Shown piece after piece: positions 55,796 through 64,000 of a stretch of DNA of 64,000 nucleotides. Below the pieces are notes generated by a model. The model was not told where the DNA came from. It worked only from the letters and a program-made list of their open reading frames with translations, and ran no database searches. Both the position numbers and the translations under genes were made by a program. The stretch is taken from the NCBI GenBank assembly GCA_013152895.1, contig JAADFN010000047.1, forward strand, positions 1,340-65,339, read 5' to 3'. Each line of letters starts with the position of its first letter. Position 1 is the first letter of the stretch. This DNA is from Acidobacteriota bacterium. Its GTDB lineage: Bacteria; Acidobacteriota; Thermoanaerobaculia; Thermoanaerobaculales; Sulfomarinibacteraceae.

Positions 55796-57613
55796 ATGGC
55801 ACACTACCTGTTGATCTATTTTCATCCCGAGCTCGGCGAGCAACGTTTCGAGCTCCACAATCACCGGACGTACCGTATCGGCTCGAGGCGGGGCAACGAC
55901 ATCGTTATCCCCCAGCCCGACGTCTCCAGGGCGCACGCGATTCTTGACGTCTCGGACGGGACCTTCCACATTACAGACCTCAAGAGCAAGAACGGTACCC
56001 GTCTGAATGGGAGCCCCGTTGCATCGGCTGAGGCGCATTGTGGCGACGAGATCATGTTGTCGTCGGCCCGGCTGGTCATTGTCGAGGTTTCCTCCGGCAC
56101 GTACAGCCTGGCGCCCGAGATTCAACCGACCGGCAGCATCGATCTCCCCGAGTCCAGCGATGACACGGGACGTTTCCAGCCGATGACCGATCTTGACGAT
56201 ATCGTTGCCCTGCTCGAGATGACGGCGCGCTGCGCTGAAAGCTGCTCGGTTTCCACGCTGTTGCGATGGATCATCGAGAGGTTCCGGTTTGAGGGCGGCA
56301 TGATTCTGTACAACGGTGCTCGCGGTGGACTGGCCTTGATTGCCAGTGCTGGGGATATCGGTCTGAACCCCTCGGACCGTGAAACTCTGACGAATCTCAC
56401 TCGTATCGGGAACGAGCTCTTGCAGAAAGGGAAGGCTGTCGTTCAGGACACGGATGAGTTTGGTGCACGATTCCTGGCCAGCGCGCTGGACAGCCACCAT
56501 GTCCTGGTGATCCAGTACGGTGCGACCCCGCCTGCGGCCTCGGATTTATCGGCGATCATCGCGTCGCTCCGGGTGGCATTGCGAGCGGCGTTGCACGCCC
56601 CCGCGTCCGGACCAACGGGTGTCGCCGGACGGCGGGTGGGACACGAGGCCGGCTTCAACGGGATCCTGGGGAGCTCTCCCTCGTTGAAAAAGTGCAAATC
56701 ACTGGCCGAGCGTTATGCACTCCAGGAAGAACCGATCCTCATTACCGGCGAGAGCGGAACGGGTAAAGAGCTTTTCGCCCGGGCCGTGCACGCGCTGTCG
56801 GTCCGGCACGATGGACCGTTTATCGCCGTCAACTGTGCGGCGATCCCATCGGAGCTGATCGAGGCAGAGCTTTTCGGCGTCGCACCGGGGGCGGCAACGG
56901 GAGTGGGCGAGAGGAAGGGGAAATTCCAGGCCGCGCTTGGTGGGGTTCTCTTCCTGGACGAAGTCGGGGACCTGCCCCTTGGTTTGCAGGGGAAGTTGTT
57001 GCGCGTGTTGGAGCTTGGCGAGTATTACCGCGTGGGCGACGATGCTCCGACAAAATGTGACGTCAGGATCATCTCGGCGACCAACCGGGATCTCGAAGCC
57101 GAGGTCAAGGCGGGGCGTTTTCGTGCGGACCTCTATTATCGCTTGCACGTGTTGCGGATACATATCCCGCCGTTGCGCCAACGACGCCAGGACATTCCGA
57201 TCCTGGTCAACGCCTTCATCGAAGAAACGGCCTCCAAGATGCACAAGCCGGTCGGGGGCCTCACCGTTCGCGCCCTGGAAGCGATGACCTCGTACGACTG
57301 GCCTGGGAATGTGCGTGAGCTTCGGAGTGAGATCATCCGGGCGGTGGCCTCTCTCTCGCCCGGCGCCGTGATCGACCAGATCCACCTTTCAATGACTCCG
57401 GGTGGAGGAACCGCGGGTGCCAAGATGGCCCTTGATCTGGCGCTGTTCCAGGGCATGGCACTCTCGGAGGCCAGGGATATGTTTGAACGTATTTTCATTC
57501 GGGCCCGCCTCGATGAGCATGGTGGCAACCGTACCCGGGTTGCAGAGGAGCTCAAGATTAGCCGCGCCGGCCTTTTCAAAAAGATGAAAAGGCTCAACAT
57601 CCAGCCAGAGTAG
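55796..57613 (+). CDS. FHA-domain sigma-54-type enhancer-binding protein with a degenerate GAFTGA loop
   Basis: An N-terminal FHA domain (YRIGSRRGNDIVIPQPDVSRAHAIL...DLKSKNGTRLNG), a central GAF-like region, an AAA+ domain (GESGTGKELFARAVH, LFLDEVGDL, WPGNVRELR) and a C-terminal Fis-type HTH. The GAFTGA position reads GAATGV. Confidence 0.85.
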   Translation: MAHYLLIYFHPELGEQRFELHNHRTYRIGSRRGNDIVIPQPDVSRAHAILDVSDGTFHITDLKSKNGTRLNGSPVASAEAHCGDEIMLSSARLVIVEVSSGTYSLAPEIQPTGSIDLPESSDDTGRFQPMTDLDDIVALLEMTARCAESCSVSTLLRWIIERFRFEGGMILYNGARGGLALIASAGDIGLNPSDRETLTNLTRIGNELLQKGKAVVQDTDEFGARFLASALDSHHVLVIQYGATPPAASDLSAIIASLRVALRAALHAPASGPTGVAGRRVGHEAGFNGILGSSPSLKKCKSLAERYALQEEPILITGESGTGKELFARAVHALSVRHDGPFIAVNCAAIPSELIEAELFGVAPGAATGVGERKGKFQAALGGVLFLDEVGDLPLGLQGKLLRVLELGEYYRVGDDAPTKCDVRIISATNRDLEAEVKAGRFRADLYYRLHVLRIHIPPLRQRRQDIPILVNAFIEETASKMHKPVGGLTVRALEAMTSYDWPGNVRELRSEIIRAVASLSPGAVIDQIHLSMTPGGGTAGAKMALDLALFQGMALSEARDMFERIFIRARLDEHGGNRTRVAEELKISRAGLFKKMKRLNIQPE

Positions 57614-57668
57614 TACGCGCGCCCAGCGCGGGGCCTGTGACCTGGGATGTTTCCGCAAGGATACGTCT

Positions 57669-57688
57669 ATGTTAACGCTGGTTAACAT
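57669..57688. promoter_or_regulatory. perfect palindrome, candidate upstream activator sequence
   Basis: ATGTTAAC-GCTG-GTTAACAT lies about 75-90 nt upstream of the -24/-12 element and 56 nt after the activator gene stop. Confidence 0.45.
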
Positions 57689-57760
57689 GTGGTCGAGGCA
57701 CAGGCCTGCTCCCGCGTGACGAAACTCTTTGTATCCAGAACTTCTTGAGGTTGCCGAAAG

Positions 57761-57776
57761 TGGTACAGAACTTGCT
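57761..57776 (+). promoter_or_regulatory. sigma-54 (-24/-12) promoter
   Basis: TGGTAC-AGAAC-TTGCT has the consensus GG-N10-GC spacing of TGGCAC-N5-TTGCW. It lies 37 nt upstream of ATG 57813, with the SD GGAGGG at 57804-57809. Confidence 0.65.
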
Positions 57777-57812
57777 TGAGATGCTGGCAGTGTGCCACAG
57801 AGTGGAGGGTTG

Positions 57813-58415
57813 ATGGAAATACAAGCGAGGGTCGAGAGTTCCAAAGACACGCGTTTCAATGCAGAAGCTTCCCGCTCCATCCTTCTCCTGGGCCGGGGCC
57901 TGCTCACCGAGCTGGGAGAACCGGTTTCGACCACGGGGAACGGTCTGAGCTCGGTCGTGTTACCCGCGGGCGCCCTCAACCTCCTCGTGTTGGGCATTCC
58001 GATACCGGTCTTCGGATATATCGGCGACGATGATCAGGAAATCCAGGCCTCGCTGACCGCCTTCCTGAGGAGTTTCTCCCAGACCCTGTTGGAGCGGGGC
58101 CACAAGGTTGTGCTTCGAGCGTTTAGCAATTGCCAGGGCTTCTCAAGGTCAGACGAGATACTGAGCTGGTTGCCACGGTTCAGAAATGCCTCGTTGCAGG
58201 GCGAGCCCGCATTCCTGGGTACGGAGCTCGTGACGTTATACCCGTTTTCGAACGAAGAGGTTTCCAAGTGGCCACTCGGTCCGGAGTATCTCGTGAGAGG
58301 TGCGCGCCTGATCGAGCTGGCCGTTCCAGAGCTGTATCAGAAACTTGACGATCTGTTGGCGGAGAAAATATCAGAAGCTGCATACGCGGAGCATGAACGT
58401 TTCCTCCTGGGATAA
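57813..58415 (+). CDS. hypothetical protein (no recognisable domain), the likely sigma-54-dependent target
   Basis: A 200-aa ORF with a good SD. Codon usage is visibly less GC3-biased than in neighbouring genes (ATA, TTA, AGA and AGG codons are present). Confidence 0.55.
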   Translation: MEIQARVESSKDTRFNAEASRSILLLGRGLLTELGEPVSTTGNGLSSVVLPAGALNLLVLGIPIPVFGYIGDDDQEIQASLTAFLRSFSQTLLERGHKVVLRAFSNCQGFSRSDEILSWLPRFRNASLQGEPAFLGTELVTLYPFSNEEVSKWPLGPEYLVRGARLIELAVPELYQKLDDLLAEKISEAAYAEHERFLLG

Positions 58416-58438
58416 TTAGGACCCTCCATCCTTTTTTC

Positions 58439-58481
58439 GGCCGCGGACCCGTCCTCCCTCGACGCCGCGGCCACCTTTTTT
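58439..58481 (+). terminator. putative rho-independent terminator
   Basis: GGCCGCGG...(18-nt loop)...CCGCGGCC followed by ACCTTTTTTCTT, 24 nt after the TAA at 58415. Confidence 0.45.
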
Positions 58482-58880
58482 CTTCCCGCGTCGACACCGG
58501 TTGTGAGTGGGACAAGGTTGCCGGTTGGAATGGAGCCCGCGATTTTCACGTACTTTCCGCCGCCACTGCGGGTACGCCATCGTTGTGGCGTTTCTCGATG
58601 CATCGTCCCCGCCGACGTTCCTCGGGCACCGGACCCCCCTCGGTCGAGACACCACTCTGACGGGCGCCGCCACGGCCTCGCGACGAAAGCCCGTGAGAAT
58701 AGCGGGGTCGTGCTGCCCGCCGCCCAGCTCCGTAGCTTTCGCTCCGGATGTCGATCGTGACGCCGTGGGATCTGTCTGGACCGACGGTCACGATCTTTCG
58801 GGCATCGCGGGTCGTCCAGAGCTGCCTCTCCTCCCCGCCGTGGCTTGCCGCTCGTTCGGGGCCGCGTTACCATGCAAGAC

Positions 58881-58956
58881 GGGCCCATAGCTCAGCGGTT
58901 AGAGCCGCCGGCTCATAACCGGTCGGTCCCGGGTTCGAATCCTGGTGGGCCCACCA
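58881..58956 (+). tRNA. tRNA with a CAU anticodon: elongator tRNA-Met or lysidine-modified tRNA-Ile2. CCA is encoded.
   Basis: A 76-nt cloverleaf: acceptor GGGCCCA/TGGGCCC, a D-arm (AGCTCAGCGGTTAGAGC), the anticodon loop CUCAUAA and the T-loop TTCGAAT. It is not initiator-like, since it has no C1-A72 mismatch and no GGG/CCC anticodon stem. Confidence 0.9.
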
Positions 58957-58987
58957 GATGGAACATGGGGCCAAGTGAGGAGAGCAT

Positions 58988-59737
58988 GTGGAAAACGTAC
59001 GCCGAGATTTGATACTGATGGTTCGTCTGCAGAAGATCTATGACAGGATCGCCGAGTTGCTCGTCGACCAACGGACGCCTCCGACGGAGATTCGTGAGCT
59101 GCACGAGGAAAACGTTCGCCGGAAGCAGGAGCTCGAGGCGATGGAGGAGCAGATCGAGCAGCTTCGGGCAGAGGAAGAAGAGGTTCGCGCCAAGGAGGTC
59201 GAGAGTCAGGCGGAGCTGGAGCACTTCCAGAAGCAGAAGGCGACCGTAACGAACGAACGCGAGTTCACGGCCGTCATCAACGAGATCGATTTCGCCACCA
59301 AGTCGGTCGAAGAGGCCGTGGCCCGCCGCAAAGAGATCGAAGAGGCCGTCGCACAACTGGAGCGCGAGATCGAACAGCGGCGCCAGTCTCGGCCCGAGGA
59401 GGAAGCCTCCCACCGGAAAGTCGTCAAACAATGGGAAGACCGGAAACACGAGCTGACCGAGAGCATCCATGCACTGGCCCACGAGGCCCGCGCCATCGAG
59501 GATAGGCTCCAACCGGCCAGCCGGTCGCGCTTTCTACGCCTGCTCAAGAGCCGGCAGGGCAAGGCCGTCTCGGTTGTGGTCGATGGATCGTGCTCCCTGT
59601 GTCATTTCGAGCTGCGGCCCCACGTGCAACAACGGGTCTACCGCGCGGAGGAAATCATCACCTGTGAGCACTGTCGCCGGATCCTGGTTCTTCCGAACAT
59701 CGAAGAGCTCTTCCCGGACGAGGCCGCGTCCGGGTGA
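58988..59737 (+). CDS. coiled-coil protein with a C-terminal C4 zinc ribbon (DUF164/COG1579 family)
   Basis: A long heptad-rich region and CSLCHFEL...CEHCRRIL. The SD GAGGAG lies 6 nt before GTG 58988. Confidence 0.75.
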   Translation: MENVRRDLILMVRLQKIYDRIAELLVDQRTPPTEIRELHEENVRRKQELEAMEEQIEQLRAEEEEVRAKEVESQAELEHFQKQKATVTNEREFTAVINEIDFATKSVEEAVARRKEIEEAVAQLEREIEQRRQSRPEEEASHRKVVKQWEDRKHELTESIHALAHEARAIEDRLQPASRSRFLRLLKSRQGKAVSVVVDGSCSLCHFELRPHVQQRVYRAEEIITCEHCRRILVLPNIEELFPDEAASG

Positions 59738-59768
59738 GCGTCACAGCGTACGAAAAGCCGAGACGGGT

Positions 59769-60458
59769 ATGAGTATTGCCACGCGAGTCCACGAGGTGCG
59801 ACGGAGAATCGCCGGAGCCGCCGAACGGGCGGGACGGGATCCTCGGAGCGTGACGCTCGTCGCCGTCGGGAAGACCCACACCGCCGAGGCGATTATCGAG
59901 GCACTGCGCGCCGGCGTCACCGATCTCGGGGAGAACCGCGTCGCGGAGGCTGCATCCAAGAAACCTCACATTCCTCCGGCTACGTGGCATCTGATCGGCC
60001 CGCTCCAACGGAACAAGGCACGGTTGGCGCTGGACGTTTTCGATATCATCGAGACCGTGGACCGTCCAGCGCTCGTCGAACGTCTCGCCGCCTTGCTCGA
60101 AACCCACTGGCCAGACCGCCGGCTTCCGGTCCTCGTGGAGGTCAACGTCGGCGGCGAGCCCCAGAAGGCGGGTGTGAGCCCGGCAGGGGCCGCCAGCGTG
60201 GCCCAGGAGGTCCTCCATCACCCGCAGCTCGATCTTCGCGGCCTGATGACGGTGCCCCCGTTGGGCGCCGGCGCTGAATCGGCGCGCCCGTTTTTCAGGG
60301 AGCTCGCCACGCTGGCCGAGGACCTGCGGCAGCAGCTCGGTGTGCCGCTGCCGTGGCTGTCGATGGGGATGAGCCACGACTTCGAGATCGCCGTGGAAGA
60401 GGGGGCGACCCACGTGCGCGTCGGGACGGCGATTTTTGGCCCGCGGGAGGCACAGTGA
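59769..60458 (+). CDS. yggS: YggS-family pyridoxal-phosphate homeostasis protein
   Basis: VTLVAVGKTH (the PLP lysine), GENRVAEA, HLIGPLQRNK, LSMGMSHDFEIAVEEGATHVRVGTAIFG. Confidence 0.9.
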   Translation: MSIATRVHEVRRRIAGAAERAGRDPRSVTLVAVGKTHTAEAIIEALRAGVTDLGENRVAEAASKKPHIPPATWHLIGPLQRNKARLALDVFDIIETVDRPALVERLAALLETHWPDRRLPVLVEVNVGGEPQKAGVSPAGAASVAQEVLHHPQLDLRGLMTVPPLGAGAESARPFFRELATLAEDLRQQLGVPLPWLSMGMSHDFEIAVEEGATHVRVGTAIFGPREAQ

Positions 60459-60754
60459 GATTCGTGCAGCTCTTCGTATTTCCGTTCATCGCTGTGCTCC
60501 AGCTCGTGCTGAGCCTGACGATGTGGGTCGTCATCATCCAGGCGCTGATCTCGTGGGTCGAGCCGAACCCGTACAACCCGATCGTGAGGACGCTCCGTCT
60601 CCTCACCGACCCGATCCTCCGGCCGTTTCGGAGGTTGCAGTGGAGGCTCTTTCGCAGGTCGATGGCGGTCGATCTCTCGCCGTTGTTCGTCATCCTGCTG
60701 ATCTGGGGCCTCAAGGTGTTTCTCACGCAGCTCCGATTTGCGCTCCTGTACTGA
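60455..60754 (+). CDS. yggT: YggT-family membrane protein
   Basis: 99 aa and two TM helices, with ISWV.PNPYNPIVRTLRLLTDPILRPFRR. The GTG overlaps the yggS TGA. Confidence 0.8.
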   Translation: MRFVQLFVFPFIAVLQLVLSLTMWVVIIQALISWVEPNPYNPIVRTLRLLTDPILRPFRRLQWRLFRRSMAVDLSPLFVILLIWGLKVFLTQLRFALLY

Positions 60755-60850
60755 CTGCTACCTCGCCCTGTGAGCGTGTGTGCCTCGCTGGCGCGGGGCA
60801 ATTGCATTCCTGGAGCGCTTGTGAAAAAATGCTCACATGAGGAACTTGCT

Positions 60851-62086
60851 ATGAGCCACAACACCATCTCTCACGAGCTTGAATCCGAGATTCTTCAGCT
60901 TTCCGAGAGTGAGATGGAGGCGTGCACGCGCTTTCTCCACGACCTGATCACGGTCCCATCGCCCTCCGGGGGGGAGCGGCTGGCGTGCGAGCTTGTCATG
61001 CGGGAGATGGAGAAGCTGGGGTTTGATGAGATCGTGCTCGACGACATGGGGAACGTTCTCGGCAGGATCGGGTCGGGGCCGAGGGTGATCGCCTTCGATG
61101 CGCATGTGGACACGGTTGGCATCAGCAACCCCTCCCGTTGGAAGGTGGATCCGTTCAAGGGCGTCATCGAGAACGGGATCCTGTACGGTCGTGGCGCGTC
61201 GGACCAGAAGGGCGGGCTCGCGGCCATCGTGCACGGCGCAGCGCTGGCGGCGCGTGCCGGGCGGCTCGACGATGTCACGTTGTGGGTGACGGCGACGGTC
61301 AGCGAGGAGGACTGTGTCGGCCTGGCGTGGCAATACTTGGTGAGAGAACGTGATCTTCATCCCGAGGTCGTCGTCATCGCCATGCCATCCGGGCTCGAGG
61401 TGTGCAGGGGCCAGCGCGGCCGGATGGAAGTCCGGGTGGAAACGCGCGGCGTCTCCGCGCACGGCTCGCAGCCGGATCGCGGCGACAACGCGATCTACTC
61501 GATGATGCCGATCGTGTTTGCGGTCTCAAGGCTGCACGGGGAGCTTGACATTGAGCACCCGATGCTTGGACGCGGCTCGATCGCGGTGACGCGAATCAGG
61601 TCTCGATCCGCCTCCTTGACCGCTATTCCGGACGCGTGCACGATCGATATCGACCGCCGGATCACCATAGGTGAAACCAGGCAGGCCGCTCTTGAACAGC
61701 TCGAACAACTTCCCGAGGTGCGTGCGGCCGTTGCGTCCGTCGAGCTCAAGCAGTATGCCGAGCCGTCATGGCGAGGGGTGACCTACCCGACGGACAAGTT
61801 CTTCCCCGCGTGGGAAACCTCCCAGGAAAGCCTGGCTGTCGCGGCGGCTCTCGATACGGCGCGCCACGTTCTTGGCCGCGAGCCCAAGATGCACCACTCC
61901 AACTTTTCCTCCAACGGCTGCGCGACCGCCGGGATGTTTCACATCCCGACCGTGGGCTTTGGCCCGGGAAACGAGATGTACTCCCACTCGGTGAACGACC
62001 AGATCGAGCTGGCCCAGCTCGCGCCCGCGATGGCGTTCTACGCCCTCTTTCCCGGGGTCTACCTCACGAGCCAACGCCGGGCCTGA
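60851..62086 (+). CDS. M20-family metallohydrolase (ArgE/DapE/YgeY-like; YgeY subfamily suspected)
   Basis: AFDAHVDTV, YGRGASDQKGG, SEEDC and GVSAHGSQPDRGDNAI are the M20 metal and catalytic motifs. The subfamily assignment rests on recollection of the YgeY layout only. Confidence 0.75.
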   Translation: MSHNTISHELESEILQLSESEMEACTRFLHDLITVPSPSGGERLACELVMREMEKLGFDEIVLDDMGNVLGRIGSGPRVIAFDAHVDTVGISNPSRWKVDPFKGVIENGILYGRGASDQKGGLAAIVHGAALAARAGRLDDVTLWVTATVSEEDCVGLAWQYLVRERDLHPEVVVIAMPSGLEVCRGQRGRMEVRVETRGVSAHGSQPDRGDNAIYSMMPIVFAVSRLHGELDIEHPMLGRGSIAVTRIRSRSASLTAIPDACTIDIDRRITIGETRQAALEQLEQLPEVRAAVASVELKQYAEPSWRGVTYPTDKFFPAWETSQESLAVAAALDTARHVLGREPKMHHSNFSSNGCATAGMFHIPTVGFGPGNEMYSHSVNDQIELAQLAPAMAFYALFPGVYLTSQRRA

Positions 62087-62102
62087 AGTGGGCTGCGGCT
62101 TG

Positions 62103-62130
62103 ACCCGGATGATTCATGAATCATCCGGGT
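62103..62130. repeat. GGATGAT...ATCATCC palindrome, copy 3 of 3 (likely bidirectional terminator)
   Basis: ACCCGGATGATTCA|TGAATCATCCGGGT is a perfect 14-bp-arm palindrome between convergent genes. It contains the rsgA stop codon. Confidence 0.5.
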
Positions 62131-63031
62131 TGAGGATTCCAGCGGCCAGGACCTGGTAGCTGCGGAACCGCTCGGCATCGATCTCCCCGGCGCGAACGGC
62201 ATCCCCAACGGCGCAGTCGGGTTCGTGGAGATGGGTACAGTCTTGGAAACGGCAGGCATTCGCCCGCTCGGCAATCTCGGGGAAGGCTGCCTTAAGGTCT
62301 TCGAGCGTCAGATTCCAAAACCCAAACTCCTTGAGCCCGGGGGTGTCGACGACGAATCCGCCGCCGGGGAGGGGCTGAAGCTCGGCCCGGCTCGTGGTAT
62401 GGCGTCCCTTCCCGGTCGCCTCGGAGATCGAGCCCACCCGGAGCCGGAATCCGGGATAGACGGCGTTGAGCAACGATGATTTCCCGACGCCGGATGGACC
62501 ACAGAAGAGGGTGGTTCGTCCGAGGAGCGTTCGCTTGACCTCGCCGAGTCCCCGTCCCGTTCGTGCCGAGGTCAGGATGACCGCGTGGCCGAGGGCCCGG
62601 TAGACGTCGATCCACGGGCCGATCGTGTCGAGCCCGAGATCGGCCTTGTTGAAGATCAGGACCGGATCGATGTCCGCGTGGTGACAGGCGACCAGGAAAC
62701 GGTCGATCAGGCCCCTCTTGGGCTCCGGCCGTTGGCAGGCGAACACGATCAGGGCCTGGTCGACGTTGGCTGCGAGAACCTGCGCGCGCCGTTCGCGCCC
62801 GGCACGCCTGTAGAGCGCCGTCTGGCGCTGACGTACGCCCTTGATCACTCCTTCGCCTCGCCGCATCTCGATCGTGACCCGGTCTCCAACGACCAGGCGT
62901 GGAACCTCGGGCATCCCACCTTCCCATTGCAGCCGTCTCCTGGCGGCGACCACGAGCGTTTGACCCTCGACTTGGACCCGGACCAGTGGGCCATGGGTCG
63001 CGATGACGGTACCCTCAACCAATTCTGCCAT
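62114..63031 (-). CDS. rsgA: ribosome small-subunit-dependent GTPase A
   Basis: An OB-fold N-terminus, a circularly permuted GTPase (NKADL...GPSGVGKSSLLN...DTPG) and a C-terminal zinc site (CRFQDCTHLHEPDCAV). Confidence 0.9.
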   Translation of the reverse strand: MAELVEGTVIATHGPLVRVQVEGQTLVVAARRRLQWEGGMPEVPRLVVGDRVTIEMRRGEGVIKGVRQRQTALYRRAGRERRAQVLAANVDQALIVFACQRPEPKRGLIDRFLVACHHADIDPVLIFNKADLGLDTIGPWIDVYRALGHAVILTSARTGRGLGEVKRTLLGRTTLFCGPSGVGKSSLLNAVYPGFRLRVGSISEATGKGRHTTSRAELQPLPGGGFVVDTPGLKEFGFWNLTLEDLKAAFPEIAERANACRFQDCTHLHEPDCAVGDAVRAGEIDAERFRSYQVLAAGILNPDDS

Positions 63032-63055
63032 GACGTCAGTATACCCTTCGTTCCA

Positions 63056-64000
63056 TCAGTGTCCTTGTGCAATGAGCCGGAGAGGGCTCACCATGATCTC
63101 GTCGACGGCGTGGCAGAAACGGACAAAGTCGGGGTACTGCGCCGTCGTGATGACGCGGGCCGGGATCTGGAGGGTGGTCACGGTGCGAACCGAACGTCCC
63201 TTCGTGGTGACGGCCCGGTCCACGTGGCCCCAGGGAGCAGTATATGTCCGGGATTTCATGTCGACCGCCCAGCCTGGGGGCGGAATCAGGTTGAGCTCGA
63301 TCCGCTGCTCGATCGGCAACTGCAGCACGAGCGGGAACTTTCGCGAGGGGAGCGAGGCGAGCCTGGGGGAGAGCGGCCTGGCCGTGGTAAGGGCCCGGCA
63401 TTCCATGGCGTCTCCGGATGGCGTGCACGCCTGGGGAAGGTGCAAACGAAGATCGAGAGCGACACCCCCGTCTTGACGAACGATGTCGCCGGTGACCTTG
63501 TCGGCGCCGGGGAAGATCCTCGCGGCGATCTGCTCATAGATCGCAGGCACCCGGTCGACCGGGACGGTGGAGACCAGCTTGAACAGGCGTTCCCCCTGGG
63601 CGCCGCGGAGCAGGATTTCATACGTGAGGTCCGCGGCGCCGGAAGCGTCGACCTTCGCCCTGAGGCTGACGTCTTCTTCGAGCCCTGGGTTCGGGAAGCG
63701 CGGGAGCGGATCGAGGTACCGGACCGGCTGCGACGGCGAGGTCAACGGCAGGACATACCCGTCGCTGCCCTGCAGGATGGCGCGGATGTGGCCGATCCCT
63801 TTGCGGCCCTCGTTCATATCGATCCAGAAGGTCTTCCCCCCGTGGCTGACCCGGAGCACGGGGATGACGAAGGCGCTGAACCCTGGCACCTTCAGGGACG
63901 TGTGGGAAAAGGCGAGAGGACGCGTCATGACGAGGTCGACGTTCCACCCCGCGTGTTTCAGAATGGCGATGAGAATGGTGAGGCGGTTACCCTTGCCACG
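63056..64000 (-). CDS. C-terminal part of a large hypothetical protein (transglutaminase-like region suspected at the window edge); the 5' end lies beyond the window
   Basis: The frame stays open to nt 64000 (...RGKGNRLTILIAILKHAGWNVDLVMTRPLAF...). The track Met at 63928 is internal. No firm domain assignment. Confidence 0.55.
   Translation of the reverse strand, partial: RGKGNRLTILIAILKHAGWNVDLVMTRPLAFSHTSLKVPGFSAFVIPVLRVSHGGKTFWIDMNEGRKGIGHIRAILQGSDGYVLPLTSPSQPVRYLDPLPRFPNPGLEEDVSLRAKVDASGAADLTYEILLRGAQGERLFKLVSTVPVDRVPAIYEQIAARIFPGADKVTGDIVRQDGGVALDLRLHLPQACTPSGDAMECRALTTARPLSPRLASLPSRKFPLVLQLPIEQRIELNLIPPPGWAVDMKSRTYTAPWGHVDRAVTTKGRSVRTVTTLQIPARVITTAQYPDFVRFCHAVDEIMVSPLRLIAQGH

Noticed and set aside
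58416-58880. An RNase P RNA, tmRNA, SRP RNA or 6S RNA upstream of the tRNA (CAU).
   Set aside because: I found no GAGGAAAGUCC-type P4 motif, no tRNA-like 3' end with a tag ORF, and no SRP domain IV motif on either strand. The interval is reported only as unassigned.

Overview
GC-rich chromosomal segment with about 55 protein genes, 2 tRNAs, and no rRNA, CRISPR array, transposase or integrase. The content points to an anaerobic, metal- or electrode-respiring bacterium (Acidobacteriota or Deltaproteobacteria-like); taxonomy cannot be fixed from this window alone.

The dominant theme is respiratory electron transfer. Six multiheme c-type cytochrome genes carry 65 canonical CXXCH motifs plus two CX3CH sites:
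- a Rieske/cytochrome b complex with a membrane-anchored 9-heme cytochrome c (4596-7432);
- a divergent pair of an ImcH-like NapC/NirT-type inner-membrane cytochrome (11311-12780) and a 1059-aa protein with 23 CXXCH fused to a b-type cytochrome membrane domain (12975-16154);
- a split paralog of that fusion, an 11-heme cytochrome plus a separate cytochrome b (26797-28808);
- an outer-membrane porin, decaheme and 7-8-heme gene trio resembling Mtr/Pcc conduits (33414-37957).

Other blocks:
- a two-component system and an O-antigen-ligase-like gene;
- a UbiD-family decarboxylase;
- a six-gene acetate uptake, activation and acetylation-control operon (satP, porin, acs, Pat-like GNAT fusion, acuB, acuC);
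- an nth remnant with yjjX-like and tdk genes;
- split class I fumarase and mdh;
- hbd-crt;
- DUF47-PiT;
- a dnaK-hsp20-hspR-sigma operon;
- a nuclease-DinG helicase;
- an M29 aminopeptidase with a ClpX-like ATPase;
- an FHA sigma-54 activator with a downstream sigma-54 promoter;
- yggS, yggT and rsgA.

The observations most worth a second look:
- an in-frame TGA exactly at the first Cys of the conserved SCGCT motif of a secreted DUF1573 protein, followed by a SECIS-like hairpin (candidate selenoprotein, versus nonsense mutation or sequencing error);
- the dense and partly modular extracellular-electron-transfer gene set;
- an orphan tandem-motif MshEN (c-di-GMP-binding type) protein;
- a pore-loop-less ClpX paralog coupled to an aminopeptidase;
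- several single-nucleotide frame disruptions in conserved genes, two at GATC and two at G-runs, which look like assembly artefacts and temper every pseudogene call.

All product calls rest on motifs recognised by eye in the supplied translations. No database search was run.
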